This document shows, piece by piece, positions 26,376 through 39,278 of a stretch of DNA of 64,000 nt. Each line of letters starts with the position of its first letter. The first letter of the stretch is position 1. Source of the stretch: Podarcis filfolensis. Taxonomy: Eukaryota. The translations under genes were made by a program, and so were the position numbers. The stretch lies in assembly GCA_964270895.1 (NCBI GenBank), contig OZ185439.1. One strand, given 5' to 3'. The notes beneath the pieces are model-generated. The model made no database searches. It saw only the letters and a list, made by a program, of their open reading frames with translations, and was not told where the DNA came from.

Positions 26376-28353
26376 TAAGAATGGGGGGAAGAGAGTGTTA
26401 AAGGAGCCAGAAAAAACTGTAGGGACTGCTTTAATGGTGTTGGCAGTAGATAATTATCTTCTTTGTTAGGGAAATTACAACTAAATAGCCAGCATAATTA
26501 TTAGAATATAGCTGACAATTTCTTTGGAAGGTGAGAGACGTTTTGGCAAAATGGCAGGCCCTTATTCTCTCACCCACCCACCTAGCCATATGGAAGATCT
26601 AATGTAGTTCTTGGTGATCTAGGTCTCTGCAAAGGAAACAAATGACAAGCTGCAGCAGACTTTTGGAGAGAGAGCTTGGGCTCTGTGCCTGTCTTAGGGT
26701 TTTTAGCTGTCTCTCCTGAAGGTCGGAGATGGGAGCTGTAGACTTTTGTTGTCAGGGTGCTTAGCTGTGTGCTGAGCTGTGCTCAACCTGAGCAGCTGCA
26801 ATTAAATGCAAATATTACAAAATGCCAATAAGCTTTCAGTGACCTCCTTCAAAGGAATGCAAACACATCTAAGCACAGCACTAACTTCTCACCACTCAGA
26901 GAACTGGGGCAAGTATAAAATTACACTAATGCAGTTTTTTTTAAATGCAGAAAATATTTGTATATATAATCAAAGTAAATCCCACACCCAAAAAAAAACC
27001 CAAAGGAAAAAATAATGCTTTCATGTGCATTCAGTGACCTCTCTGTATCAAGCAATTTAGCAAAGATTTTCATAGATATTAGCAGGATAGGCAGAGGCTA
27101 GACTCCACTTACATTTAAGAATGAGGCACAATATTTTTGAGATGAATATTTCAGAAGCCAAAATGGTCAGGTTCTCAAAAGGTTTTGCCTATGACCTTTG
27201 ATTACTTTCTGGAATAATTTATTATTGAGCTGAAGGATACATTTTTATGTAGTCATTATGTTTTGGCCATTATGGAGAGAGAAAGGGATAAAAAGTACAG
27301 AGAAACTATATGGAAGGGTCATAACCTCCTGAAAATGAGTTGAAGAACGAAAAGAGCCTCTGCTAGGATTCAAGGCCATGGGGATAGAAGCTCATCAAAA
27401 AGATTTTGCATACCCCTTTTTGGCTCTGGGGACATCCTTCACTCAAAATTTTCAATTTTGTTCATCCACAGTTCCCTCCAATTGCCCCACTGATTCACTG
27501 TACTTAAGTAAATGTCCTAACTGCAGTTTCTGCATTTTTACAGGTCAGGAAGGCTTTGGGCATAACCCAGTGAGAAATAATCACACACGAATAAGAGCTG
27601 TGGAGGCATAGCAATCTTGCATGCTTCTTTTTGTTTTGTTTTTTTCCAGTAAGCAAGAGAACATCTCACTCCACTGTAGCATCTTATTGCCAAGTCTGCA
27701 TCTTGTAATTATTTTTTGTTTTTTAAGCCTTACAATCAACTGGTAATCTATACCAGCTCTGACAGACCATTTCCTGGTGATTATGAGCAATAGGGGGGCT
27801 ATGTTGTTAATATGATTGGGTGGGAGGGCATTACCAAACAATTCATTACACTCACAAACCATCTTTACCATACGTTTATTACAGACATACACCCCCCCAA
27901 TTCTGCATGGGTTTCATTTCAGACCCCCGCATGCATAAATTGCATAAAGCGGGGAGCAGCACCTTCTAAAAAGCCTTTAAACGGCTATTTCCCCTGCTCT
28001 CCAGCGCTCTCACCAATCCAGACCAAAATATCTAGAGTGGGAGTTCTGAGGCCGGCTGGAGGCTGGGCGGAAAGCAGTTGCTGCTGCCACCACTGCACTA
28101 CCCCTCATGTCAGCTGTTCAGCGGGGAGGCTGAGCAATGTTAACAAAGCCCTGCTGCACCTCCAGCCTCTGGGGCTTTCCTCCACCCTCACTGACATCCT
28201 CTTCAGCTCCAAGGAGGGTCTCCTCATGAGCCACAAGCTCTCTCCCACCATTTCCTACTATGATTCCATTTATTTATTTATTTCCAGGCACCACATGCAT
28301 ATGTGGTTATGCATGCGTAGAACATGTGTGGGTGTGCCTGTAATTTGTATTGA

Positions 28354-28631
28354 GCTCCTGCCAACCTAGCAATTCGAAAGCACGCCAAAAGTGCAAGTAG
28401 ATAAATAGGTACTGCTCCGACGGGAAGGTAAACGACGTTTCCGTGCGCTGCTCTGGTTTCGGTGTTCCGTTGCACTGGAAGCGGCTTAGTCATGGCTTAG
28501 TCATGGTGGCCACATGTCCCGGAAGAACTGTCTGTGGACAAACGCTGGCTCCCTCGGCCTGTAAAGCAAGATGAGTGCCGCAACCCCAGAGTCGTCCACG
28601 ACTGGACTTAAGTGTCAGGGGTCCCTTACCT
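28354..28631 (+). mobile_element. Sauria SINE, 5'-truncated, variant subfamily
   Basis: Shares GTGCAAGTAGATAAATAGGTAC and the 3' CCCCAGAGTCG...GGGGTCCCTTACC; carries extra segments (TTTCGGTGTTCCGTTGC, AACTGTCTGTGGACAAACG) absent from the other four copies. Confidence 0.92.
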
Positions 28632-29438
28632 ATTTATAGAAAGAACTGAGCTGGATTTTCAGTACCATAGACAGCAACATGACTAGGAAGATACCAGAGT
28701 TTTGTTAGGTCTTCAGAACACATTTCTGAATAAGCCTCTCTCTGGACTCCTTGTATGCAAACTGCAATAGTGAAACACACACCACACAGATCTCCTCTCT
28801 CTCTCTGATTCCAAGTGACAAAGATATTCATTAAGTAGAACTTTACTAAATTCACTAGTTAGCAAAGTGGAAGGCAGAATGTTAAAACATGCAAGCATAA
28901 ATTCTCTTCTCTGTTTGTAAATAGTGAATGTCTGCAAGCATCAAGCTCTGGCAATTCCACACTTTGAGATATCATTAATAAATAGAAGACAGCAAGATTT
29001 ATCACTGCAAATCTTGGTCTATTAAGCTTTCAGTCATAGAGTACTGAGCCTTCTTTGGCCCGTGATTACCCCAAACCATTGAGGAGAAACCTAATACAGT
29101 ATACAAATTTTCTTTCTCGGACATAGGAATCAGAGCAGTAAATGAGTATGACTAAAGGGAACAGCAAAAAAGTACAGGCACAATTACAAGTTGAAGACAT
29201 TTATCCAAGCTTTATATTCAATTGATCATTCCCCCACTTCCATATAAGGAATTTTAAGCCAAAAATCTATCTAAGAAAACTACACTGAATTCTTTCCAAT
29301 TGAGAATTGAAGTCACTTATCCATATAGAATGCTCAAGTTAAGCTGAGCCAAAGACTTGGCAAGATTAGTCAAAACTTGGCTTTAAAAGCTTGAAGGAAT
29401 AAAACAGCCACCTTATATATATATATATATAAACTTAC

Positions 29439-29541
29439 CCTTTATTGTGAGAGATTGATGTTTGTTTGTGTCTGCTACCACTGCTATTTCGTTATTTAGC
29501 AGGTACCAAGATGCAGTACCATGATTGTTACAATTATGAAG
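29439..29541 (-). other. Candidate 103-nt exon of an unidentified host gene
   Basis: tactttttaattccaccaactcactcccag|CTTCAT...ATAAAGG|gtaagt; only one frame open: LHNCNNHGTASWYLLNNEIAVVADTNKHQSLTIK. Not recognised. Confidence 0.25.
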
Positions 29542-30400
29542 CTGGGAGTGAGTTGGTGGAATTAAAAAGTATAGGGGGTAAAATACTTCTGTAGGTACTT
29601 CTGCTATGTATAGCTTTGCAAAGTTTGGTTATACAAACATCTAATGAAAAATAACAAACGTTTGTATATAGAAGTTTTATTTAATTTGGACCATAGAAAC
29701 TCCCTCACAGCTAAGTCAGATAATGAGAGCAGAAAAAAAGTTTGCTACCAAGAACTGAGGTATATTTCACCAGCAAATGGGAAGGTGGTATTGGTTACAG
29801 GTGGTAGCTTTTCATATTTAAACCAGTTGTTCTTTATAAAGGTCAAATACAATATCTTAAAACACTGGAAGAGAGTCAGATCTTCATTAATCAAAGTATA
29901 TTGGTGACAATTTATGATGCCATTAGTAAGTGTTTGCCATTTCCCCAAGAGGTGAAGTCTAGGGGCAGTGCTACATAATTTAGATTCCTTTTGATAATAA
30001 AGTGCTGGAGGGTGTTTTTTCAAGTTGAGCCAAAAGTTTTCCATGGAGAATTTTCAGCTCGAAATTAGGTGCTGGTGTTCCTGAAAGGGCAGCAATTTCC
30101 ATAAGAGAAAACATGTTTGAAGGCTTCCTAGGAAGGGGCTTTCTCTTGGTACCAGCAGAAAAAATGAAAGTGGGAAAACAGAACACAAAACACTGCTGCT
30201 GGTAAGGCCCCACAAACCCTTTGAACAGTTTTGCTCCCCACAAAAAATGCTGAAATGCCCCCTTCCTCCTGTAAAAAAATGGGGTGGTAAAAATTGGATG
30301 TAACTTTTTGGAAAATGACACAAATACAGATCGAGCCTCTTTGAAGCAAGCAGGATAGATCAGATTGGAAATGCTTTTTCTTTAAGAACATATTTTATTG

Positions 30401-30563
30401 CAGGCATGTCCAACAGGTAGATCAGCGGGGTAAATCATTGGCTCCCCCCAAAGAAGCTCAACCACTTTGGCTCCCCCCAAAAAAGCTCAACAACTTTGAC
30501 CTGAACCCCCCAGTTTTCAACTCTGTGAATAGATCTCAGTCTCTTGGGAGTCGGCCACCCCTG
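30401..30563. mobile_element. Non-autonomous hAT MITE with internal tandem repeat
   Basis: Imperfect TIRs CAGGCATGTCCAAC / GTCGGCCACCCCTG; perfect 8-bp TSD TTTTATTG at 30393-30400 and 30564-30571; two ~30-bp copies of TGGCTCCCCCCAAA.AAGCTCAAC.ACTTTG. Confidence 0.9.
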
Positions 30564-30700
30564 TTTTATTGATTTTTCGAACTTAAACAGAATTACAGAA
30601 TAATAACAACAAATGAAACTCCCTCCCACCCTCCTGATCTTATATGAGAGAGAACATTCATTCAAAGATTCTTCCAGTCCATGGCACTCTATGCTACCTA

Positions 30701-30959
30701 CCGTATTTTTCGCTCTATAAGACGCACCAGACCATAAGACGCACCTAGTTTTTGGAGGAGGAAAGCAAGAAAAAAAATATTCTGAATCTCAGAAGCCAGA
30801 ACAACAAGAGGGATCGCTGTGCAGCGAAAGCAGCGATCCCTCTTACTGTTCTGGCTTCTGGGATAGCTGCACAGCCTGCATTCGCTCCATAAGACGCACA
30901 CACATTTCCCCTTACTTTTTAGGAGGGAAAAAGTGAGTCTTATGGAGCAAAAAATACAG
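30701..30959. mobile_element. Tc2-like (TcMar) MITE
   Basis: TIRs CCGTATTTTTCGCTCTATAAGACGCAC / ...TCTTATGGAGCAAAAAATACAG; TA flanks; central hairpin GGGATCGCTG...CAGCGATCCC. Confidence 0.92.
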
Positions 30960-31662
30960 TACTTCTAAACTCTCTACAAACTTAAAACTGACCATTGTCC
31001 TTTTTTCCTCACATATTCATCACAGACCTCACCCTGCAGGTAAACCTGCAGGACACCCTGCTCTGTCAGGAAACAATCTCCAATCATTTGGTTCTACTGA
31101 GGAAACATCAACAACTTGCTCCTATTAGCAAGTAATCACCTTCCCAGATGAAAAGAACCCTGCAGACATCGAACCACATTGTTTATATACTTTCTTTGCT
31201 TTGAGTTTCTTTGAGATGTTGGTACATGTTACCTGTAATGATTTTCTGGAACTGATTTATGAACATCTTTGTGGTGATTTCCCTTCCTCTGTTGTACTGC
31301 TAACAAGCTTTTAATTTATTTTACAATAATTTTATTTTACGTTAGAAGGTTAGAAACTTGTTATTACCGTGGGCCTATATAATCCACCCTTGCCAAACAC
31401 AAATAACTCTATGGGAATTATGAAGCACTTTTACAGCCAAATTTTATTCCTAAATCCATGGCATCACAGCATAATACAATACATAATTGGGGGGGGGGAC
31501 TATAGCATAATCATAACAATGAAGTGCACAACATGTTAAAGAGAAAATCCACAAACAAAATAAATGAATCCAATATGAAACAGCCACCAGTGCCTCTGTA
31601 ATGAATCTAACAACAACAACGTCAACAACCACAACAAATCTAGAGAAGGGGCTCCCTAGTGT

Positions 31663-32540
31663 TTAGTCAGAATCTCCTTTCTTGTAACTTGAATCCAGTG
31701 ATTTGAGTCCTACCCTCCAGAGCAAGAGAAACAAGCTTGCTCCATCCTCCAAGTGACAGCCCTTAAGATATTTGAAGATGGCTACCATATCTCCTCTCAA
31801 TCCCTTCTTTTCGAGGCTAAACATACCCAGCTCCCTCAACTGTTCCTCAAAAGGCTTGGTTTCCAGACCCTTGTTCATCTTGGTCACCCTCCACTACACA
31901 CATTCCAGCTTGCCAATATCCTTCTTAAATTGTGGTGCCCAGAACTGGAGACAGTACCCCAGGTGTGGTCTGACCAAGACATGTTAAGCTTGTGGTCTAC
32001 TAAGACCCCTAGATCTTTTTCACAGTTACTGCGGGCAGTCTTATATTTGTGCTGCTGGTTCTTCCTGACTAAGTACAGAACTTATATTTGTCTCTATTGA
32101 AGCTCATTTTGTTCTCCAATCTATTACAGTCATCTTGAATTCTAATTCTCTGTTCTGTGGCATTAGCTACCCCTCCCAGTTTGGTTTCATCTGAAAATTT
32201 GATCCCCTCAATTCCTTCATCCAAGTCATTTATAATGACATTGAACAACAACGGGCCCAGGACAGAGCTCTGTGGCACCCGCTTGTACACTTGTAACTTT
32301 ATTCCAGGCTGACAAGGGAGCATTAGTGAGCACTCTTTGGGTTCGATCAGTCAACCAGGTACAAATCCACCTAACAGTTACCTCACCCAGCTACATTTTA
32401 CCAGCTTCTGCATAAGAATATCATGCGGGACTTTGTCAAAAGCCTTACTGAAATCAAGATATACTATATCCACAGCATTCCCTGATCCAGAAGCTTGCAA
32501 CACTTTCAAAAAAGAAATGAGATTCATCTGGAATAGTTTG
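31663..32540 (-). mobile_element. CR1 LINE RT/3' fragment, degenerate
   Basis: Translated motifs VYLDFSKAFDKVPHDIL, PQSSVLGPLLFNVIINDLDEGIE, KFSDETKLGG, ELGMFSLEKKGLRGDMVAIFKYLKG; frameshifts and an apparent internal deletion near 31978. Confidence 0.93.
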
Positions 32541-33450
32541 GCATGCCAGCTGCTGAAATGCCCTCTTCTGCATGACTATCAAAGGTTGCATCTAGCCACT
32601 CTACTGTACATGCATGATACCCTTTTTCTATCAGGTACAATGTAGTTCAGGTACAGTTTTGATTACCATGATTTCCCCCCTCTCATGGTTTCACAAATAA
32701 ATTTTTACAAGAAACCAGTCTTAAATCAAAATGGCTGTTTTATTAAATACATTTTCAGTAGCCATAAACATTCAAAGCAATCAGGTTTCTACCAGTAATT
32801 TGGATAGGCAGATAATACAATTGAAACAGTCTTCTATCACATCCAGCATGTGTGACATTTAATACTTTATATACTGTGTAATATATTTTCTGACACCAAC
32901 CTAAGAATATTGAAAACCCACACTATCAAGATGAGCCTGGGAACTACCTAGTAGCATCAATATAAGATAAGGATTGTGGAATATATGCTGTTTTTATTAT
33001 GATTAGAAACTGCAATTTCATCCGCTGTGAAGCTATCCAACCTCTTATTGTACAAAACAATATTGTCTTCAAGGGCAAAAGCAATGTAAAAAAATCAGGA
33101 GTGCAAGAATTCCTAGGACCTTGGTGGGACTTATTTTTAAAGGAACCATACTTTGAATGAAGGCAATGGCTGAATGGGGAGAACACTCAATGACATATTT
33201 CTACATGAGCAGAGAGTGGGCCAAATAAACAAGGGGGTGCAACTGAGGTACATAACAGAAAAAATGGAGAGAGAGAGCCTTCATTGTTGTTGTTTATTCC
33301 AGTGGATGGATACAGTCTTTTTGTAGACATTAAGCAGGCCAAGTCTAAAGCTATTGGACCAGTTCTACCTCTTAGTTGATGATTAATTCAGGAAAGGAGG
33401 GTGATCTAGCTCAGCAGAGTCAATATTTCTGCTACTACAGGCCCTTGTCT

Positions 33451-33878
33451 CAAGGCCGTCTTACCCATAGGTGCTAGGGGTGCAGGGCACCTGGGTGCCG
33501 GGCTCTCAGGGGTGCCAGGCTGAGAGTCCGGGCCCAAGAGTTGAGTCCGGGGAAGAGCCCATCCGTCAGTTGGTGCGCTGTGGCAGGCCCTTCTGCTGCT
33601 GGCGGCTCTCCACTCCAACCCCCTGCCCAGTGTCCCAAATTTTAGGCACCTTGCTGGAGACGGAGGGCAACATGTGAACAAGGAGGGCAATGAAGGCAAC
33701 ACAGAAATTGGCTCGGCGGAGTCCCTGGCCATTTTATTTTATTTGTAACCCCCTCTCTGTCGCCAACACCCGGCATCTGACCAAGCTCTGGTTGCAGTAG
33801 CTCCATCCAGAAGGCAGGGGGGCCCCCGGCCAGGCGGATTTTTGCACCCCGGCACTGCATATGCTTAAGACAGCCCTG
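33451..33878. mobile_element. Non-autonomous hAT element (CAGGGCCG-type TIR)
   Basis: TIRs CAAGGCCGTCTTA / TAAGACAGCCCTG (11/13 match); perfect 8-bp TSD CCTTGTCT at 33443-33450 and 33879-33886; GC-rich interior explains overlapping spurious ORFs. Confidence 0.92.
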
Positions 33879-35080
33879 CCTTGTCTATACATGTATATGA
33901 TTCCACATGAACACCCAAGACCCATAACCTAGAGCTGCAGTGTACTACAACAAAACTGCAATTACCAGAAGATGGGGGGAACAGGAATGAGGCAGAAAGT
34001 CAGATATTAACAAACCTGATTGTGCAGCTTACTACAAAAATTGGTAGAATACATACAGCAGCCAATTTGAGCTGGCAATTATTTGGTTAAATCTAGAGAG
34101 GGAAGAAGGGAAGAAGAATGGGAACACTGGATGAAACAGAGCAACGTAGGACTGATATAAGAAGGTGAAGGAGACAGGAGAGCTAGATAAGCCAGACAGA
34201 TGCAAGGGAAAATGGTACCAAACAACATAATGAAAACGCTTTCTTGCTGAACAGAAGAAAAATTACTTCTTTAAAAAGACTGTTCTTATGTTTTCTCAAT
34301 ATATATGAAAGGAGATATATAAGAATGAATAGGCTTGATTTTCTCACTGTGGATGCTGTGTGCAGAGAAGAAAAGAAGAAATAACTGTACGGGGAGGGGT
34401 GTCATTTGGATCTTTGAATATGAGTTCCTAAGTTTAATGACTGTGGGTCCACTAAATGCTTTGTTCTTACAGTGTCTTTCTCAATTTTTCCTGTATTTCT
34501 CCCTTCCACTTTAGGGCTGTCATACTCCTATCCGTAGTGCACTGGCAAGGCTTTGATTGGACTAGAATGTAATAAGGCACTTTGTGTTCTGGAGGTCCCA
34601 TGCCTGAATTGAGGGTGGGAAGCCCTTCTTTATCAATGTCAATAAAGGCCTTACAACTTCTTTCCCCCCTTGTGACTAATTCTGTACCAGCTCATCTTCC
34701 CATGCAAAATGGGAAAATGCTTAAAATGGCACAGCATGTGCTCTTGGAAATGATTAAGTTGCAAGAACATTCTTTTGGAGAACGACTTATGGAGTGCCTC
34801 TTAAAACAGTATCTCTTGACCTAAGCCTGATCTCCTAAACTTATTTTTACCTCTCCCTCACCACACACTTCTAAAACATCTGTTCCACACCATAATGTGC
34901 AACGTTCATTGCTATTTGCTGATGTGTGTGGGCCCTAATCCAACACTAGCATTACAAAGTGGAAGGCAACAAGCCATCTCTCATATCTTATAAAACCATA
35001 TGCAAGGAAATAACATGAGAACAAAGAAGCAGCTCTTCCCCAAATCAAACTGGTATGATGGAGCGAGTGAGGAATGATGA

Positions 35081-35683
35081 TGTGTTGGTCCCGGGGGGAG
35101 GTTACCGCAAGGCGTGGTCAGAGTCCGGTCCTGGGTCGAGGGTCTGGAGACTGTCCACCAAGGGCGAAGCGGGGTCCAAAGCGAGGAGCTGGGCAAGGTT
35201 GGGAACTCTGGAAGAACAGGTCTGGGTGCTGGCAGAAACAGGTTTCCAACGACGTTGCTCCCGCAACCTGGGACTGGGCTGACTGGCCTTTATCTCCTCT
35301 GAGGCCAGGGGTGGTCCCAGCCTACAGGTGACCTGCCTCTCCTGGCCTTAAGGCAAGCACTCCTCCTGAGAGAACCCAGTTCCCTCCACCTCTCTGCCCT
35401 GAGCCTCTGCAGCACAGGAGAGGCTGGAGGGTTACTGGACCCAGGAGCAGCTTCACCTTCCCCTGATGGGGCTGGGAGAGGTGCACCTGCAGGCAATGGG
35501 TCCTCAATCACCTCCGGAGCCAGAGTGGATGCATCTGGTGTCTGCTCCTGAGAACCCAGCACAGGTGCAGGCCCTTCAGATTCAAGCCCCTGCCCCGGCT
35601 GAGCCGGCCCTGGAGGCGGGGACTCCTGTGCAGGCTGGGACTCCTCAGATTCAGCTTCTGAATCAGATTCCCAGGCCACCACA
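35081..35683 (-). mobile_element. Solo LTR (Gypsy-like)
   Basis: Ends TGTGTTGG / CCACCACA (7/8 inverted repeat, TG...CA); 5-bp TSD GATGA at 35076-35080 and 35684-35688; TATA-like GATAAAGG on the minus strand near 35290; GC-rich. Confidence 0.85.
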
Positions 35684-35994
35684 GATGATCTCCCCTAATC
35701 CAATGTGAATCACTTCATAAAGAACATTAACACACCTAGGTCTTGGATTCTGGCTTCTCCCAGAATCCTATTCCTCCCGGGGACTGGGTGCCCTCCAATG
35801 AAGCCCTCTGCACTTTTAAAAAGGAGCCCAGCCCACAACTTGACAACCACCACCATCTTACAGCATTTTGGGCCACTCGTTCTAAGAGATATTACATGTC
35901 TCTATCATCATCATCATCATTTTATTTGTATGCTGCCTTTCCATAGTTAAAACAATGCTCAAGGCGGCTTACAACATGAAAAGATTTACATAAT

Positions 35995-36725
35995 TGAAAA
36001 TGAAATACTTTATTGTCACTTGTACAACTTGTATACAGTGAGATTACACGAGCACCCCCCACTCAGCTCTCTTAGTCTTAATTCCCCTCGTTTACTGACA
36101 CACACACACACCAAACCCGAAAGCCAGTTGCCCTGTTGTTATCTTTTCATTCAGCAGCCTAACAGCCCACAGATAGAAGCTGTTCTTTACCCTGTTGGTG
36201 TGAATAATCATGCTTCTATATCTTCTGCCTGAGGGCAGGAGTTCAAGAAAGTGCCGGCCAGGGTGTGAATCATCCCTGAGAATTTTCCTCACTCTTCTGA
36301 GGCAACGTTCTTCCACTATTTCATCTAGTGGATTCATGGGACAGCCCATAATATCTTGTGCTGTATTCACCACCCTCTGTAGGCACTTCCTATCAGCTGA
36401 TGTCAAACCAGCATACCACACCGTGATGCAGTATGAAAGGACACTTTCTATTGTTGACCGGTAGAAGGAGATCATCAAATGCTGATTGACATTTTTCTTT
36501 CGCAATACTCTGAGGAGATGGAGTCTCTGTTGGGATTTCTTAACCACCTGGGTTGTAGTATTTTCCAAGTAAGGTATTCACTGAGATAAACTCCTAGGAA
36601 TTCAAAGGAAGAGACTCTCTCCACACAGCCCTCCCCGATGTACAGCGGGGCTAGTTCTCCTCTCTTCCTCCAACACCATCTCCTTTGTCTTGCTGATATT
36701 AAGGTGCAAGTTGTTCCCTAGGCAC
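35995..36725 (-). mobile_element. Rex1/Babar LINE, 5'-truncated 3' end
   Basis: NNLHLNISKTKEMV...PLYIGEGCVERVSSFEFLGVYLS, then ORF 36092..36568 KKSQQRLHLLRVLRK...FYRSTIESVLSYCITVWY...DRKCLQRVVNTAQDI...LLPSGRRYRS...RVKNSFY; AATAAA near 36010 and a short TTTCA-type tail. Confidence 0.93.
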
Positions 36726-36905
36726 CATGTAACATAACAAAAAAATGCAATAAATAAAACACATCAAAAAGTACACAACCAAATGGAAAACAATTTCTAC
36801 ATAAATCATGAAATCTAAAGCTAAGAATACATCATTAATATCAATCACAATTTAAAATGACATAGATAAAAAATAAAAACAATTATAAAAAAGGAGTCCT
36901 CTGCC

Positions 36906-36934
36906 CAGCAGCAGCAGCAGCAGCAGCAGCAGCA
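36906..36934. repeat. (CAG)9 trinucleotide repeat
   Basis: Read directly; lies in a repeat-like segment, no supported exon. Confidence 0.9.
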
Positions 36935-38538
36935 CTTTATGGAGCCTGTCAGGCCCCGCCCCAAGCCAGGTGGAGAGAAGCAGGGCAGGGAACTTGCCAT
37001 CCAGAACTTGCAAGTTCCAGCACCTCTCAGGTGGACACTATTGCCATTATAAGAGAACAAGGGAGGTGTTCATGGTGAGTTCCAGCATTTCTTCTAGAAA
37101 AATAGCACTGCGGTGCATCCATTGTACAATTTTAATTTGTTGTGGGGATTCACTCGGGTGGCGGGGAAACTGTATCAAATTCATTATAGAGTTAAACATT
37201 TGATGATTTGGCTGCAATCCTAAACATACTTTTACATACCTGGCCTTTCTGTACACTGCCGACAAATACCAAGATGCTGAGAGGATGGGGAAGATCACAG
37301 GTGAGGTTGTTTGGGTACATTGGCAGGAGGGCAGAATTGGCTCAACCAATGTGTCTGAACCACTCTGATGTCATTGTTGCCAAGTTTTGTTCTGGTGGGC
37401 AGTAGTGACCCTGTTGCTGGGAGGCCTGGTCTGCAATAGTGCCTTTGCCAACTGGCCACCCCCATTTATAAGGATATAAGTTTTATTAAACTCTGTGGGA
37501 TTTACCTCTGAGTCAACATGTATAGTAGGACTGTTCTCTTATTGCCCTTATGCTTTTAGTAAAAGCAAAACATTTGGAAGCGGTGAAAGAAAAATGTTTC
37601 CATTGCTTCCATTGATGTTTGATTAATGCACGGTTTATAGTTAGCTGACAGAGCTGAGGTTTTATCTCTCTACAGATCTGTCATCTGTTCAAAAGACCGG
37701 AGTAAAAAGTCTAGAGAGAAATAAATCTTTGTTTGATTCCAACACATTTCACAACTTTCCCTGACTTTTCATAAATTAATCTATTTGTCCAGATATTTTG
37801 CTGAGAAGGCAGCCAGGGTCAGACTCTGGGATTAGATGGTCCCATTAAGACCTGATGCAGTTTCCTCTCTGATGCTCTGGAGGGAAGATTTTCTTGTGCT
37901 TAATAATTCTTTAAGTAGATTTGCTTGCAATAGTGTCAGCATTTCTGCCTTCAGAATTTTCCAGGATATTTATTATCATCATATTCAACCTGCAGTGCCA
38001 CAATTCCAAAGCATCTATTTTTTCCCCTCAGTTAAAAAGTCAATATATCCTTTTTGAAATACAGGCACATTATCTTTCTTTATCGTTTCTCTGCTCATGG
38101 GGTGAGAAGTCAGTTGTGGTAAATATATTTTAATTGCATTTTTAAAAGAACATGTTATCCACAGAATCCCTTTCTTAGTGTTTAGTTACTTCAGCAGTTT
38201 TTTTGTTTACCATTCCCTGACAAATATAACTGTCTTAACTAAGCATTATGTAGACAGTGATCCCTTGCACCTTGAGAAGCTGGAGAGGTTGGATCACAGC
38301 CACTGGCTTGCCTCCAACCTCTTCATGTACAACCAAACTTCTCAGCATAGCCTCCAAATATACATCTTGTACATACAAAAGCTCTACACAAGTTTCTGGG
38401 ACTAGAAGCCCTGCAAAAAGCAGAATCTGCTATCACACAGAGAGCCTCTACACATAAATTCCACCTCCCCCATACATTCAGTGTACACAGAGTCATTGTC
38501 TCAGTAAGACTCTAGTCCATAGTGAAGACAATTGTCAC

Positions 38539-38564
38539 TGAATATGAATATGAATATGAATATG
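38539..38564. repeat. (TGAATA)4 hexanucleotide repeat
   Basis: Read directly. Confidence 0.9.
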
Positions 38565-39278
38565 TCCACTGACTACATGGACCTACATTTTGGAGGCCCT
38601 GAATCTGTTATCGGAACCCTTTCACAACCAGCAAGAAGAAGAAAGAAGCTAACCATACTCATCTTCTTCAGTGGGGTTGTTCCATGACAGATCACCACTA
38701 CTGACTCTCAAATTTTGGGACTATTGAAATATACACTGGGGAAAAATCAATTTGAATCTTACAACTCAAATTGGATCTAGTAGACTCAAAAAAGTTTTAG
38801 CAATGGGGACTAAAGTTGTTTGGGGGCATCTTCGGGATTGGGGGCCCTGAAGTTTAAGCTTCATTAGTTTCATACTACTTCCACCCCTGAGCAATGGTCC
38901 TTCCCATTTCCTAATATGACATTTATAAAGTTATAAGATGACTGACACAACCCACCTCAACCAACCCTCTCAACCCCCACAACTACCTGTCTCTCTTCAA
39001 ATCATCTCCTTTTAAACTCTCCTTCCTGGAACCATGGCCTATCAGAGGCTGTCATTCATTAATCATTTGCTGGCAGGGAAAAAAGAAAGAAACACTTGTT
39101 GATCCAACCTATCCAGCAAAACCAACCTTTTTGTCACATATGGCATTAACAAATAATAGACTCACAATGAGAATTCCACTGGTACATTGCGCAGAACATC
39201 TACCTAGACTGTCATACTGAAATATAACCAAAGGCTTCAAGGATTGCTTAAATCTTAGATCAGCAACAACTTGTTTAC

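Noticed and set aside
27812-28369. 185-aa plus-strand ORF
   Set aside because: Runs across a truncated MITE-like GC-rich segment into a SINE; no recognisable domain or splice context.
37031-37074. Plus-strand exon-like segment with ATG|GTGAGT
   Set aside because: Lies inside what looks like a truncated dispersed repeat ending TTCTAGAAAAATAGCACTG.
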